A stretch of DNA of 63,407 nt, counting the filler. It is 9 parts of 9 records of this genome, joined end to end, with 100 filler letters (N's around TTAATTAATTAA, not from the genome) between each part and the next. Parts side by side here need not be neighbours in the genome. Positions count along the whole stretch, not along the records: positions 1 to 5,164 come from SRR7504441_7201; positions 5,265 to 9,085 come from SRR7504441_7208; positions 9,186 to 33,158 come from SRR7504441_7209; 6 more parts are not named here. One strand, written 5' to 3'. The first letter of the stretch is position 1; every line of letters starts with the position of its first letter. Position numbers and translations under genes: made by a program. Of the stretch, positions 1 through 12,186 are shown piece by piece. The notes under the pieces were generated by a model. It saw only the letters and a list, made by a program, of their open reading frames with translations. It did not search any database and was not told where the DNA came from.

Positions 1-131
1 GTACTGATGTACTGATGGTGTACCAGTGGGATTGGCGCGCCGCGGGGCGGGTTCTGACAAGCGACCGCCGCTCGGGGCATCATCAGGTAATCATCAGGAG
101 TCTCAACCTTGGGTTCTAAAGCCAGAAAACG

Positions 132-190
132 CCCGCACTCCCGCACTCGCCGCACTCGGCCAACGGAAGTGCGGAGTGCGGGAGTGCGGG
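132..190. repeat. Inverted repeat of three CCGCACT units on each side of a CAACGGA-containing loop
   Basis: cccgcactcccgcactcgccgcact (132-156) pairs with agtgcggagtgcgggagtgcggg (168-190). Confidence 0.8.
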
Positions 191-454
191 AGTTCTACAA
201 GTCTCCCAGTAATCCAGTATACTATTACAAATTGTATTTACCGAGTATCATCAAGTACTTCGAGAGTAGTCTGCTCGGTAATGAACTAACTAACTACGAG
301 TATACGTACGGGTAATATTAATGTTACCGTAACATGTACGGGTACCGGGTGTATACATGTAGAGCAACATAGTCTAGTCTATTGGTGTACTAGGTAAAGC
401 TAGGCTGAAGGCTTCTGTTGGGTTGGACCAGGTGGTGGCGGGGGAAGGGCAAGA

Positions 455-1196
455 ATGGGGAGCAGCGCATCGCAGTCCATGGTGGGTGCCACGCGACGGC
501 TCCAGCTGCTCCAGTCGCTTGGCCCAGCCCCAGACCAGGCCCCAGCCTCCCCGCCTCCGCTCCGGTTTGCAGAGGGGCTGGTGACTTTGGGCAGCGACTC
601 CGAGAGCGACAGCGACTCCGAGCCGGCGGTGCTGGACGACTCATACTCGCAGGCCGGACCGCGAGCAGCGCTTGCTGGGCTGACCTGCGCGGCAGTTCTT
701 GGCCGACTCCTTCAGCAATCTGGATATGAGTCAGCTAGCCGACGACCTAGAGGCGTCCATTGGCGGCGGCTCCTCGAAAGGCAACGGACTGCGTGGGTGG
801 CTGCGGGACGGCCGGGCTCTCGCTGGGCTGGTGCGACAGTATAGTGAGCGGCTCAGACGAAAGTTCTGCGGATGTGTGCAGGCAAGCCGCCGGCGCTAAA
901 GGCCTGATACTTGGCATTAGGCAAACGATGCGGGCGACTGGAGCTTCGAGCGATGCTCGTGGGAAGCCTTCAGCGTGTTTGTGGCGGGACTCGGCCTGTC
1001 ACCCGGGCTGATGGCGCGGTTTGAAGTCAAGGCGGTGTTTGAGAGTTTTGCTGAGCCTTGCACGAGAGCCGGGGGGCAAGAGCTGCTCTGCGACAAAGCG
1101 CTTGTCGAATGCACAATCCAATGTGTTAGGGCCACATGCGAGGATTGGCACGATGTGGCTAGCAAGCTCGATTCCCTACTTGGGCCGCACAATTAA
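455..1196 (+). CDS. Hypothetical protein with possible N-myristoylation (MGSSAS), 3 exons
   Basis: GC-AG introns 653-695 and 882-920 join ORFs 455, 699 and 975 in frame. Confidence 0.6.
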
Positions 1197-1454
1197 TACC
1201 GGTCGATATTAATAAATAAACAAAAAAATATCCCGGCCGCCGTCGAGTCTACATAATTATGTCGAGTCACTACTCAATGGCATTCGGCCATTCTTGCATT
1301 CTACTAGGTAGGTACTACTCATCGTTATACTTTATTCATCCTAAACAATTCGATCTCTAATTAGGTCAATTAATTTATTTACCCTCGCGAGGCCTACCGA
1401 GGCCCAAAGGTCAGATTTTCAGAATTTTGTGAATTTCTAGTGAATTTCATGCAA

Positions 1455-3486
1455 TCACCATTCTTGCGGACAGGTGACCACAGCTGTATTGTTTCTCATT
1501 TCGGAACCCCATGCCGCGACGGTCGCAGGGTCAAGTGAGAAATTCCGCGCACCTCCGCAGAGGACGTTGTTGGAAATCTCGTTGTGCTTTGGAGTGCAGG
1601 GCTGGTCGTCCAGGATGTTTGGCAAGTCTGGGTACTTGGACCAAGCTGCCGAGGAGTTGAAAGGAACCCGCCAGAGGAACTCGTAAGGCAGCCGGCCAGC
1701 GGTGCAACAAGCTGTGCCGCCACCACCCCGCGAGTCCATCGAGATGTGCTGGGTGTCCGCCGACTGTTTGATCAGGTTGTTGACGAACTGGTTGTGTCGT
1801 CCACCGCCCAGCAGCATCACGCTGCCCGGGATTTGATCGAAGACGCAGCCTTCAATGCGCACGCTCGACAGCTGGTCGTCGAGGTACACCGCGGAAGGCA
1901 TTCCATGGGCCTTGGGGAAAATCGACGAAAGATTGGAAAAACGCGTGTTGACAATTCGGCTACCACGGTATGTCCACTCTCGGCCACTGTAGAATGCCGC
2001 GCAGTCGGAGCACTCCCGCCCAGCGTCGTGCAGATGGCAGCCGATCATCGTGTGGTCATTGCCTTGGTAGAAGACCGCAAAGTGTGGCGACCCAAAGACC
2101 TCTGAATCCTCCACCGATTGACCCACACCAGCCAGCATCACGTCAGGAGAAAAGTTCATGATCCAGCGGTGGTTGTGATGCACTGTGCAATTCCTAACGA
2201 AGTGCCTAGACGGCGTGAGAGTGATGCGATCGCCACCCGCCAGCACGACCCCAGCATCGCCGTTAGCTGCGATCTCAGAGTCTTTCACTCCGCACCCACT
2301 GCCGCCCGTGATGTTGACTCCCATCATTCCGTGGTCCGACACAGTGCACTGCTCGAGCAGCACACTGTGTGAGTCTTGAATGCGCACTCCGGCCCCTCGG
2401 CTGTAACGAATCTCAAGCTGCTCAAAGCTCACGTTGCTCACAGCCCGAGCCAGCACCACAGACCCAAGCCTCGATACCGAGTAGCTGCCATTGAGCTGAC
2501 TGCCCTCCGGTGGTAAGAAGCTCAGCTCAAGCGAATTGGGATCAATAAAGTACTCGCCAGGCGCATCAAGCATGGCCTCGAGGCCGTATGCATAGACATA
2601 TCCTCCCTGTTGTGCGGGCTTGTGCGGGTGTATCGGGCTCACATCCCGTCCGATGTCGTCATTCCCCACCGTGATGTTCGTTCCACTGATCGAGAGTAGC
2701 GGTCGGTGGCTGTCCGCCCAGTTCCACGCCCACAGCCCGTGCAGGTACGCCTGCCGCCCGGCCTCCAGTTCGGCCCGCCAGCTAGGCAACTCCGACTCGA
2801 ATTCAGCAATCGTCAAGGTCAAGTTACTCACCGAAGTCACCCCAGCCCAATCGGTGGCAGCTGGTCGCCCACCGGGTGCCCGATTAGGCGACCGCGCCAG
2901 CCAAGTCATGCCTTCCTGAGCAGGCCCGTACGCCCGGGCGCCTGCCGCCGAGTTTGGGCCAGGAGGGCGGTAGAACAGCTCGGCGGCCGATTGCTCAAAG
3001 TTGTCCACAAGGATACAGGCCTGCACCACAAAACAGCTTAGCTCAAAGCTGTACCAGCCTCGTCACCGAGCCGCCAGAGTATCCCCGGCCGGTGAGCTTA
3101 CCTATGCTCTGAGTGGTAAAGTTGTAGGCTCTCAAGTCCACTCGTATCGGCTGACTCCCGCCAGTTTGGCTCGGAAGATCAATGCGGGTGCCGCCACTCA
3201 GGATAGCGCCGGCCGCCCCCACGTAGCGGGTGTTGCTGTCGGCTGGCCCAAGCACCAGAGGGGTGGGCAGCTGGCACAGCCCGGCGACATGCACTGTGGC
3301 ACGAGGGGCTTCGGCCCGGGCCCTGTCGGGATGGCCGCGGATGGCGCGCTGGGCTCGGTGTACCGTGCGGAATGGCGCAGCGGCGGAGCCCGGTGCGGAG
3401 TCCAGTCCCCCGGCGCAGTCCACGTGGAAATGCAGCTCGGCCGAACAGTGCCAGAGAAGCAGCAGGATCGCTGAAAGCACCGGCAT
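1455..3486 (-). CDS. Secreted right-handed parallel beta-helix protein (pectin-lyase-like fold)
   Basis: Signal peptide MPVLSAILLLLWHCSA; motifs GSAAAPFRT, LDAPGEYFID and AVYLDD; one GT-AG intron 3021-3066 in phase 0. Confidence 0.8.
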
Positions 3487-3588
3487 CCTTGCAGATCGGT
3501 CCGCAAAAAAACGGAAGCTTCAACGGCAACTGAATCGCTCGCAAATGGTTTCCGTGTTGTTGTAAGGCAGGAGGGCAACAGAGGGTCC

Positions 3589-4583
3589 ATGGAGAGGAAC
3601 ACCGCAGCTAGCCGCTCCCCGAGCTCGGCAGATTATGCCGAGGCCAGCTCGTTGACGATCGCCCAGACTTACGGCACCGAGGCTCGGGCCCGAGCCAACA
3701 GCATCGGGAATAACCCGGCGGCTCAGAGTCGCAGGCTGCGTTTGGCCGAGGTGTGACGGCCGAGCGGCCGGGCGGAAGCGGACCGGGCAGGCGATGGGGC
3801 CGCCGGAGCTCTGGTTTGTGGCGCTGCTGGTCGGGTGCTCCGGGCTGGTTGTGGTATCGTGCTGGGAGGACAGGCTGGGGACCGCCGGGCTAGTGCTGGC
3901 TCAGCAGACAGTGACCGGGGTGAGCACCGGGATGGCGGTGGGCTGGGTGGCATCTGGGATGCTGCTGCCCTCCCCGGCCGACTATCTGGTCTCGTTCATC
4001 GGCTCTTGCATCTCGTGCCTGTTCGGATTCGTGGTCGGCCGCCTGATGCAGGTGCGGCTGCCTGATAGCTGTGTGCCCACCCTGCCGGCAGGACTTTGCG
4101 CGGCGGCGGCTCGCCAAAGCCGAGAAGGCCCAGCTGATGTCGGCGCTGCTCGCTGATAACCAGTTCAAGGTCAACTTTGTGTTTGCGCTCTCAGGCGCAA
4201 TCCCAGCTGGGCTCCAAAACCTACTCAACGGATGCCTCGGCACGGTACGCTGGCTGCCGTTCGTGAGCGCGTGCATGGCCGGACGGATGGGCGCGATGGT
4301 ACTTTACACGTTCAGCGGGTCTGCGTTCAAGGGCATCACCAAAGATGTGAACAGCTGGGCCGAGCTAAAACAGGCAGTTGGAAACCGGCTGGGCCAGATA
4401 CAACAAGATGCCCATCAGCAGCAAATCACCTTCATGCTCACGCTGTTTGGGCTGGTGGCGCTGGTGGGCATGGTGGTCTGGCTATCGGTTGTGGAGGCGC
4501 CTCGGATGATGAAGGAGCTCGAGGAGAAGCACAGGAATGCGCATGCAACCCAGGCGGATGAAGTTGCAGCGCGATCTCTTTAA
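3589..4583 (+). CDS. VTT/SNARE-associated (DedA/TMEM41/TMEM64-like) membrane protein
   Basis: 40-nt introns 3751-3790 and 4052-4091 keep the frame; hydrophobic segments SFIGSCISCLFGFVVGR, IPAGLQNLLNG and WLPFVSACMAG. Confidence 0.6.
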
Positions 4584-5164
4584 TCTGGACACCCATGGGC
4601 GAAAATGAGTGTCACTGTAACATCTGCCCATAATTTGATTGGTCATGGATGGATCCATGACGATCAGTAGACATCCACGAACAAGCATTTCGGGAAGCAT
4701 TCAAAATAATATCCGAGTTAAACAGCTGGATTTCCCTAGGATTTTCCCGAGGTTGTCCAGAGGTTGTAGAGGCCGGCTGTCTCAGTTGTAAGTCAATGCA
4801 CCACCTGTCCGTACGTACAGAGCGTACAGAGTGACTCGATAATTATGCACGAACTCGTGACTGCGCTATACGCACCGAGATGCCTGATGGATTTTGTTTT
4901 TGAATATTAATCGCCAATCAGTTCAATCGTGTAAACCTAGCATTAACCTAGGAGGATAGAATACAAACCCTCTAGTCTAAGAGAGGTCACGGCAATCTGC
5001 ACGTCCGCACGTCTGCAGCTGAGATGCATCAGAAAAAAGAAAAGAAAAAGAAATCAGTCAAGTCAATATGTGCACCGAGTTAGAGTTGGACGGCCACGTG
5101 TTTCGTCGAGATCTGCGCGCGCGCCGTCGGGTAACATGCTACCCTCAGGCCCTGCTCGCTACTC

Positions 5165-5264
5165 NNNNNNNNNNNNNNNNNNNNNNNNNNNNNNNNNNNN
5201 NNNNNNNNTTAATTAATTAANNNNNNNNNNNNNNNNNNNNNNNNNNNNNNNNNNNNNNNNNNNN
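5165..5264. other. Artificial contig-joining spacer (first of eight)
   Basis: N44-TTAATTAATTAA-N44, which puts stops in all six frames. Identical spacers at 9086-9185, 33159-33258, 37082-37181, 41874-41973, 47265-47364, 52802-52901 and 58832-58931. Confidence 0.97.
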
Positions 5265-5536
5265 AGTTGCCGGCGCAGCAGGCGGGCTCGCCCGGCTTGA
5301 ACATGGCCGCCAGGTCTCCGATTTGACACGAGATGCAACAGCAACCGTAGCAACACCTGAGGGTCAGTTAGCTCCTTGGGGGGAGGGGGGGGGGGCGCTT
5401 ACGTTCCGCACTCGGGCTGGCAGCAGTCGCAAAACCCGGTGGAGAACATGCCGTTCACCGGTGGGAGGGCCTGCATCCACGGCGCGATCACCGTCGAGTT
5501 CTGCACGTACACCGCCTGAGGCTGGGCTACTGCCAT
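5265..5536 (-). CDS. PLAC8-family cysteine-rich protein, 3' end cut by gap
   Basis: Spliced (intron 5357-5402) it reads MAVAQPQ...FSTGFCDCCQPECGTCCYGCCCISCQIG, the PLAC8 signature. The supplied ORF track misses it. Confidence 0.85.
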
Positions 5537-5596
5537 GGTGCCAAACAATCAGCAACGGCAGCCCGGTCGAGACTCGAGACGACAATCGCGCCACAA

Positions 5597-7063
5597 ATGC
5601 TGGGCGCCCTGGTGCCAGCCCGCGGCCCAGGGCCTGGGCCGACGCAGCGGGTTCAGGCGCGGATCGGGCTGCCACTGTTGGTGCTGCTGCCGCTGGTCCG
5701 GCCAGACGTGCGCTCGACGGGGGTCGACTGCACCACGTCCTTCATCACCGACGCGGGCACCTTCAACTTCGTCCGCCGCCTGTCGGGGCGCCGGCCGAGC
5801 CCCGGGGGCAGAACCTCTCGCCGCTCGTGTCTCGACTCACCTACGTCTTCAGGGCCAAGATCGGCAGGTTCAGGCTCGGGCAGCCGGGGGCTCACCGGGC
5901 GCAGTTACCACTATCGCTACCACGGTACCCAATACGATTACCTGGTCAATGTGTGCGACAACGTGCCCGGCGGCGGCCCGGCGGGGGCCCAGCGGCTGGC
6001 AGGTGCACGTCGACCGTCTGCACCCTGCTTGCGCCAGTCAGGAAGCCGCCCCGGCTTACCAGGTGCCCACCGCCCACTCGCTGGGCTGAGCGTTGTGCAG
6101 GTGACAGCGCCGCCGCAGAAGATCTACACCGACACATCAACCACCACGTATAACTCCAAGCGCTGGGGCGGCCAGCCAGCAACTGACTGTCGCTCAGGTA
6201 TACTCCACCGCCGCCGCCGCCGTACGATCCACAATGTTTCCGACTGGCTGATCCGATCTCGCGATCGATGATGAACTGGACCCTGCTAAACGAGACGAAC
6301 CCGGAGGAGGGTGCGGGCCGAGCCTCCCTCGGCTCAGCTGGCGGCAGGCGTCAGGCTGTCGTATAAAGGAGGGCAGCAATGCAGGAAGCGGAACACGCCA
6401 GAGGTCATCCAGGAGACCAACGAGGTCAGCGCTAGCCGCCCCTGGCCCTGACAGGGCGCAGACCTGGTACGATGCCCCGCGCCAGTTCGACATCGAACTC
6501 GAGTGCGATCGTGAGCTCGGATCCGGTGCCATCACGGCCGGTGCTGGGGGCTGAGAAGCAGGGTAGACTCGCGCTCTTTCCTTACTGACCTTATCAATTC
6601 GGGCGCCACGGTGCGAGCCGGTGCAGCGGGGGCTGACCGGGCCGCAGATCTCGGTCGAAGAGCGCTCGCCCCCGGACGAGTGCCACTACATCATGCGGTG
6701 GCGATCGCAATACGCGTGCCCTACTACCGGTCGGACTTGGGCGAGTATCGCATCCGCGCTGTTCAAGGCAGCCCCCCGGGAGGGGCGCGGCGCCAGCCGG
6801 GGGCAGTGGATGCTGGTCGGGCTGGCGGTGGTGGTGCTCCTGCTGTTGGCGCTGAGCGCAGGTTCCCTCAAGAAGCGCTTTAGGCAATACAACAATGGTC
6901 AGGCAGTCCTGCACGGGCGGGCTGAGCGGCCGGAGCAGGCGAGTTTTTGGGGTTTGCGGAGCTGCTTGGGCATGTGGTGTCGGATATGACCTTGGTATTC
7001 CGGTCCAAGGGCAGCAACTCCATGTCGCCGTTCCGGCACAAGGGCAATTCGCACATGCTCTGA
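5597..7063 (+). CDS. Type I membrane protein with a mannose-6-phosphate-receptor-homology domain (ATG27/CD-MPR-like)
   Basis: Eleven introns of about 37-41 nt. Spliced motifs FNFNLSPL, YDYLVNVC, GVRLSYKGGQQC, IELEC, ECHYIMRWRSQYAC, then one TM segment and a short tail ending HML. Confidence 0.75.
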
Positions 7064-7344
7064 GCTCCGTCTGCTCAGTATTGTGTTGCGTGCGATATTT
7101 AAAGAGTTCTTGGACACGGCTTATAGAAACAGGTTTAGGAGTAATAGAAGCAGCAGCCGCACCATCAATAAAATTCGGTTGTGAAGTACATTATATATAA
7201 AGTTCAAAAGATCGGAATCTCATAATTATGACTTCATGATACCGTCATACAATCAGGTGCACGCAATCATTATGCAATTGCCGCAACGCTAAGCTATCAA
7301 AGTGACAAGCCTGTCTCTATAAAAATGCATCCTCTGTCTAGCGC

Positions 7345-8679
7345 TCACTGGTCCAGCTTGGAACGCTCAAGAGCCTCATCTAGCGCCCTGTCTCCCGACA
7401 TATTCTTCTCCTTCTCGTCCTCGCTGCAGCTGCCCCAGATGTACATCGGCTCATGTTCTATCTCGTCCGTGAAATCTCGGATCCCCTCAAACAGTTCCAT
7501 CTGCTTGGCCAGGCTGGCATGCAGTACGGCCACGGAGGAAGCGTCCTGGTACGAGTGCAGGCAGCCCGAGCTCGGGACTGCCTCCATCCCAATCACAAAC
7601 TGATCGCGCTGGCTCACCTTGGCCAGCAATTCCCCGCGCTGCACCATCTCCACCACCAGCGCTTCGGCCGCGCGCACGTCGGACAAGCCGGCCTTGACCC
7701 GAACTTGCTCCAGTGACGCGCTCACGTTGGTCTGAGCCAGCCGGAGCACACAGCGCCGCCGGAGCGCGGCCAGGCACTGACGGGCCAGCCCGCTGTGGCC
7801 GCTCCGGTGCAGCTCATCGTGACACTTTGCCAGCGCTTCGCTGAATTTGGGCACATCCCAGCTGCTGAAAGCGTCGCAAAGGCTCTTGAGTCTCTGGTCG
7901 GCCATCTTTTCAAAAGTTGAGGAGACAGACGGGTTGGCCATGCGGACTTCGGGTGGAGTGCCGTACGCCAGCAGTGAGGCGAACACTACCATCTGGCGGC
8001 ATTGCCAGAGCGCGGCGTGGCTGCACTCACAAGGGAGCCCGAGCGCCCTGAGGAGCACGCTGCAGGCTTTCCTGTACTGCTTGACCCCCAAGTAGACCCG
8101 GCCGGCGTAGTAGAGGTAGACCAGGATGTCCTGGGGCCGGCAGCCGGTCCCCTTGCTCACTTGCGAGATGCATGGCCCCTCGATCCACCGCAGAGCCGTG
8201 TGGTACAGCCGGCCGGAGAGGCAGGCTTGCAGCAGCGCCGGGTGGGCCCCTGTGAGTTGGCCCGGGGCGGTCTGGACGTGCTCCACTGCGCGGCCAAGAT
8301 AATGCGCCGCCGCCTGGTTTCGGTTGAGCCTGTTGGCCACCCATGCGAACTTTTCACATACGGCGGCCAGCTTTGAGTAAGAGATCTCTCGGGAGCGGGG
8401 GTCGATGAGCAGCTCGCCTTTGCAGTTGTCCAGGAACAGGCTTGTCGAGTTGAAAAACGCCTCAAAGTCGCTCTCGGGTAGGTGCTGCGCCCGGGCCGAG
8501 AGCACAAAGCAAAAGCCAAAGGTGTGCACGTCCGGGGATAGCTCGCTTATGCAGGCCCACACCGACGGATCGGACTGGATCAGGGCCACCGCCTGGTCGG
8601 TCTCGCACTGCTTGGCCAGCTGGGCCAACTTCTCCGGCGCCGAGTGCGCTTTGATTTCCTGGATCATCCCGGACGCCAT
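7345..8679 (-). CDS. COPS3: COP9 signalosome subunit 3 (PCI domain)
   Basis: GQLTGAHPALLQACL, ILVYLYYAGRVYLGVKQYRKA, GLARQCL and VVEMVQRGELLAKVSQRD match CSN3. Likely start MASGMIQ at 8679; no introns. Confidence 0.85.
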   Translation of the reverse strand: MASGMIQEIKAHSAPEKLAQLAKQCETDQAVALIQSDPSVWACISELSPDVHTFGFCFVLSARAQHLPESDFEAFFNSTSLFLDNCKGELLIDPRSREISYSKLAAVCEKFAWVANRLNRNQAAAHYLGRAVEHVQTAPGQLTGAHPALLQACLSGRLYHTALRWIEGPCISQVSKGTGCRPQDILVYLYYAGRVYLGVKQYRKACSVLLRALGLPCECSHAALWQCRQMVVFASLLAYGTPPEVRMANPSVSSTFEKMADQRLKSLCDAFSSWDVPKFSEALAKCHDELHRSGHSGLARQCLAALRRRCVLRLAQTNVSASLEQVRVKAGLSDVRAAEALVVEMVQRGELLAKVSQRDQFVIGMEAVPSSGCLHSYQDASSVAVLHASLAKQMELFEGIRDFTDEIEHEPMYIWGSCSEDEKEKNMSGDRALDEALERSKLDQ

Positions 8680-8699
8680 GCCTCTTTGCCTCCCGGCGA

Positions 8700-8720
8700 T
8701 CCGTTGCGGCAACGGACATC
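8700..8720. promoter_or_regulatory. Palindromic Myb-like AACGG pair in a 43-bp divergent spacer
   Basis: tccgttgc-g-gcaacgga lies between start codons 8679(-) and 8723(+). Confidence 0.55.
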
Positions 8721-8722
8721 TC

Positions 8723-9085
8723 ATGGTGGGCCGGGCTTGCCCCTCCCTCGTATGCCACTGCCTCGCATGCTTGCCCTCCCTGAATGACCGCTGCCTCGCA
8801 GGGAGTCTGCACCTCAGCCGAGGAGGAGCAGCCCGGCACCGCCATCCGCGACCAGCGCGCTGAGCAGGCCGACCAGTTGGATGCTGCGGCGTTGGACGCC
8901 TCGACGGAGCAGCTGATGCAGTTGGACGCCGCTGCCGCCGCCGCCGCCGCCGAGAAGCCCAAGCAGACCGGCCCGGAGTGCCACGCCGCCGTGGAGGAGA
9001 AGTCTGCGCCCGAGCCGGAGGAATCGGCCGCACCCAAGCCGGACCAGCCCGCCCGGCCCGAGCCGGAGTCAGCGGCAGCGCCCGA
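8723..9085 (+). CDS. Acidic Pro/Glu-rich protein with MGxC dual-acylation-like N-terminus, 3' partial
   Basis: ATG 8723, then intron 8726-8801, giving MGVCTSAEEEQP; runs into the gap. Confidence 0.55.
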
Positions 9086-9185
9086 NNNNNNNNNNNNNNN
9101 NNNNNNNNNNNNNNNNNNNNNNNNNNNNNTTAATTAATTAANNNNNNNNNNNNNNNNNNNNNNNNNNNNNNNNNNNNNNNNNNNN

Positions 9186-12003
9186 GGAGCCCGAGCCCGA
9201 GCCGGAGCCCGAGCCCAAGATGGAGCCGCCCGAGGAGGGCGAGGAGGAGCCGGAGGCCAATCCGAACGAGCCCGAGAAGAAGAAGCGGGTGCTCAAACGG
9301 GACTTGCTCAAGCGGAGGTTTGACGAGGAAGTGGCTGAGCCGTGGGTGCAGTGCGACAGCTGCCAGCACTGGGTGCATCAGCTGTGCGTCATGTACAACA
9401 CGGCGGCCTCGTTCTCTGAGCAACAGGCTGCCGAGTCGGTGCCGTTCTACTGCCCTCTGTGCAAGCTGCGAGGCAGCCAGCGTGGCGGGAAGGGCAACTC
9501 AAATGGAGTGAGCATACCCCCTGTCCCGGCCTCGGGTGGCGCCACCAAAAAATGGTGCGCGGTGAGCCTTCCGGAGAACACAATGAGCATGTTCATCCAA
9601 GAGCGGGTGCGCAAGAGGCTTAAGGAGATGGGTGAGAGCAAGGCAGCGCCAACGGTGGTGGTTCGGATTGTGTCGACAGTGGAGAAGACGACCGATCCTT
9701 CGGAGATGCTTCGCAAGTACTTCGCCCCGCCGACTCCGGAGCAGCTGCAGGAGCAGGGTCGGATGGACGAGAACGGGCAAGTCAAAGACGTGCCACTGTC
9801 CAAGCGATATGAGATGCCGGCCGGGTCACCGCTGCCGACAGAGATGCCGTACCGGTCCAAGACGCTGCTGCTGTTCCAGCGGCTGGATGGGATCGACGTA
9901 TGCCTCTTCGCCATGTATGTGAGCGAGTATGACGCCGACTGCCCGGGTCCAAACAAGCGGCATGTGTACATAGCATACCTAGACTCTGTCGAGTACTTCC
10001 GGCCACGCACCCACAGGACCGCCGTGTACCACGAAGTACTGTGTGCTTACCTCGAGTATGCCAAACAGCGCGGGTTTGTCGCGGCGCACATCTGGGCCTG
10101 CCCTCCCCTGCGAGGCAACCACTTTATCTTCTGGAGCCATCCAGCGCACCAGCGGACGCCATCGCGTGAGCGGCTCGTCTCTTGGTATCTGGCTATGCTC
10201 ACCCGGGCCAAGGAGCTTGGGGTGGTCGAATGTGTGAGCAACCTGTACTCGACCTACTTCAAGTGCGCCTCCACATTGAAGGAGGGCGGTGTGGGCAAGA
10301 AGGTTGGTAAGGGCAAGCATGCTGCTCAGGGGAAGAAGGCAGTAGCTGCACCTGCGATAGCGGCTATTGCCCACGGGATGCCTGCTGGTCCGCCAGCAGG
10401 ACCTGACAGCTGCAGCGTCAGCATGGCTACTGGGGTCGGGGAAGTAGACGATGCTGCCAGCTGTGCCAAGTCTGGCAACTCTGGAGGAGTAGGGCAGGAA
10501 GCCTCAGGGGACTTCTCTCTGTGTGCATTTAATGCAGAGGAGGCCGCACAGCTTGGAGGCAACGCCAAGCACGCAATTGTGGACACTAAGGGGGCAAATA
10601 ACTGCCTGAATAGACCCTTCAGGTGCCCTCCAGTATTTGACGGGGACTACTGGCCTGAGGAGGCGCTGCGGCTCGAGCGAGAGACCAAGAAGCGCAAAGG
10701 GCTTGGTGTGGCGGATCGGGAGCACCTTCCAATAATAGAGCAATGCGAGGGCTTAGTTGCTGGATTGATGAACCATCCATCAGCATATCCGTTCAACGCC
10801 CCAGTTGACGCGAAAGCACTGAACATTCCAGACTATTATAAGGTAGTGACTCGGCCTATGGACCTGGGGACAGTCAAGAGTCAAATCAAGAGTGCCCACT
10901 ACACGATTGTTCAGGAGTTTGCAGACGACGTGCGACAAGTGTGGAAGAATGCTTGTGCTTATAACCCTGCGCGGCACCCAATCACTGCCATGGCATCAAC
11001 ACTCTCATCTCTGTTTGAAAAGGAGCTGCGTGCAATGTTCAACTGCTGGACTCAGAGCAAAATCAGCAAACTTGGGGCAAATACGCGCCTAGATGGGCAG
11101 AACACAATGGACGGAATGCTCGAATCTGATGATGATGACAATGGTGCCGACCCCGAGGATGATGTGGTGCTAGTGACAGAAGTGGTCAACAGTCCGCGTG
11201 AAACTGTGCAAAACAACGGCCCCACAGGGCTGGGGAACGACGTGGGCCTCTGGGGCAGCCAACCGAACAGCGGTGCGGCGAGAGGCAGGCACAGAGGCTC
11301 AAACCAGACCAAAAAGGTGACATCTGTGGTGCAAGGCCTGTCTCACCCGCGCGGTTGGGTACAGGGCCGGACTAAGAAGAAGAAGGGCACGCATGCCAAG
11401 GAGAAGGAACCGGAGATCAAGCAGAAGTATCACTCCATTGTCACCTACACGGCCAATTCGGTAAACTGCCAGGTCAATTTGTGCATAAATTTTCGTGGCA
11501 GGTCCAGTGCATGCGCGATGAGTTGCTGGTTGCTCGACTGCAACCTGTCTGCACGACTTGTGGTGAGTACTTTGTGGATGGATTCCGTTGGCACTGCACG
11601 GAGACCAACCTAGACTACTGTGGTACTTGCAAGGCGGATGTGAAGGAGCATCTTGTCCCCAACAAGGTGTCGGTTGGGGACACCAGTGATCCAGATACTC
11701 ACGTCACTGGAGGTTTTGTAGACTCTCGGCACACTTTCTTGGAGATCTGCCAGTTCCGACACTATCAGGTCTGCTTATGGTCCGACCAGCAGAATTGACT
11801 GTGGGCTGTTGCAGTTTGATACGCTGAGGAATGCAAAGCATAGCAGTGCCCAGATTGTGCACACACTGCATCAGCCATCTGGAATGACAAATGAGGAAGA
11901 GCTCAAGCAAGCTCACCGAGAGCTGCATCAGCTCGATGCTCCATCTTTTATGAATGACATGCACCTACTGCCCCCACGCGCACATGCTGTGCCCCATCGA
12001 TAA
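9186..12003 (+). CDS. CBP/p300-type (KAT3/HAT_KAT11) histone acetyltransferase with PHD-like finger, bromodomain and ZZ finger, 5' partial
   Basis: WVQCDSC, YIAYLDSVEYFRP, HIWACPP, RLVSWY, FDGDYWP; bromodomain PDYYKVVTRPMDLGTV...NACAYN; introns 11461-11501 and 11769-11814; C-terminal YQFDTLRNAKHSS. Confidence 0.9.
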
Positions 12004-12186
12004 TTCTGCACGGTGCTCTCCACTCGGTTCCATTTATTCATACAGTACGGTGCACAAGAGCAATCTAGAATCTGTTTAAAGTAAACAAGTTTGATACTAA
12101 TCTCGCCCATCTTGTACCGCACTGGCTAGCACATAAGCCTTGCCCAAGTCTTGCCCGTTCACCCCGTTGTTACATGTAGTCCGCAA

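Noticed and set aside
5209-5220. TTAATTAATTAA repeated eight times
   Set aside because: Always centred in identical N runs; an assembly linker, not a biological repeat.
9000-9240. EPEP-type repeats on both sides of the second gap, suggesting one gene
   Set aside because: Assemblies often break at such repeats and the spacer gives no adjacency evidence; the two sides look like different proteins.
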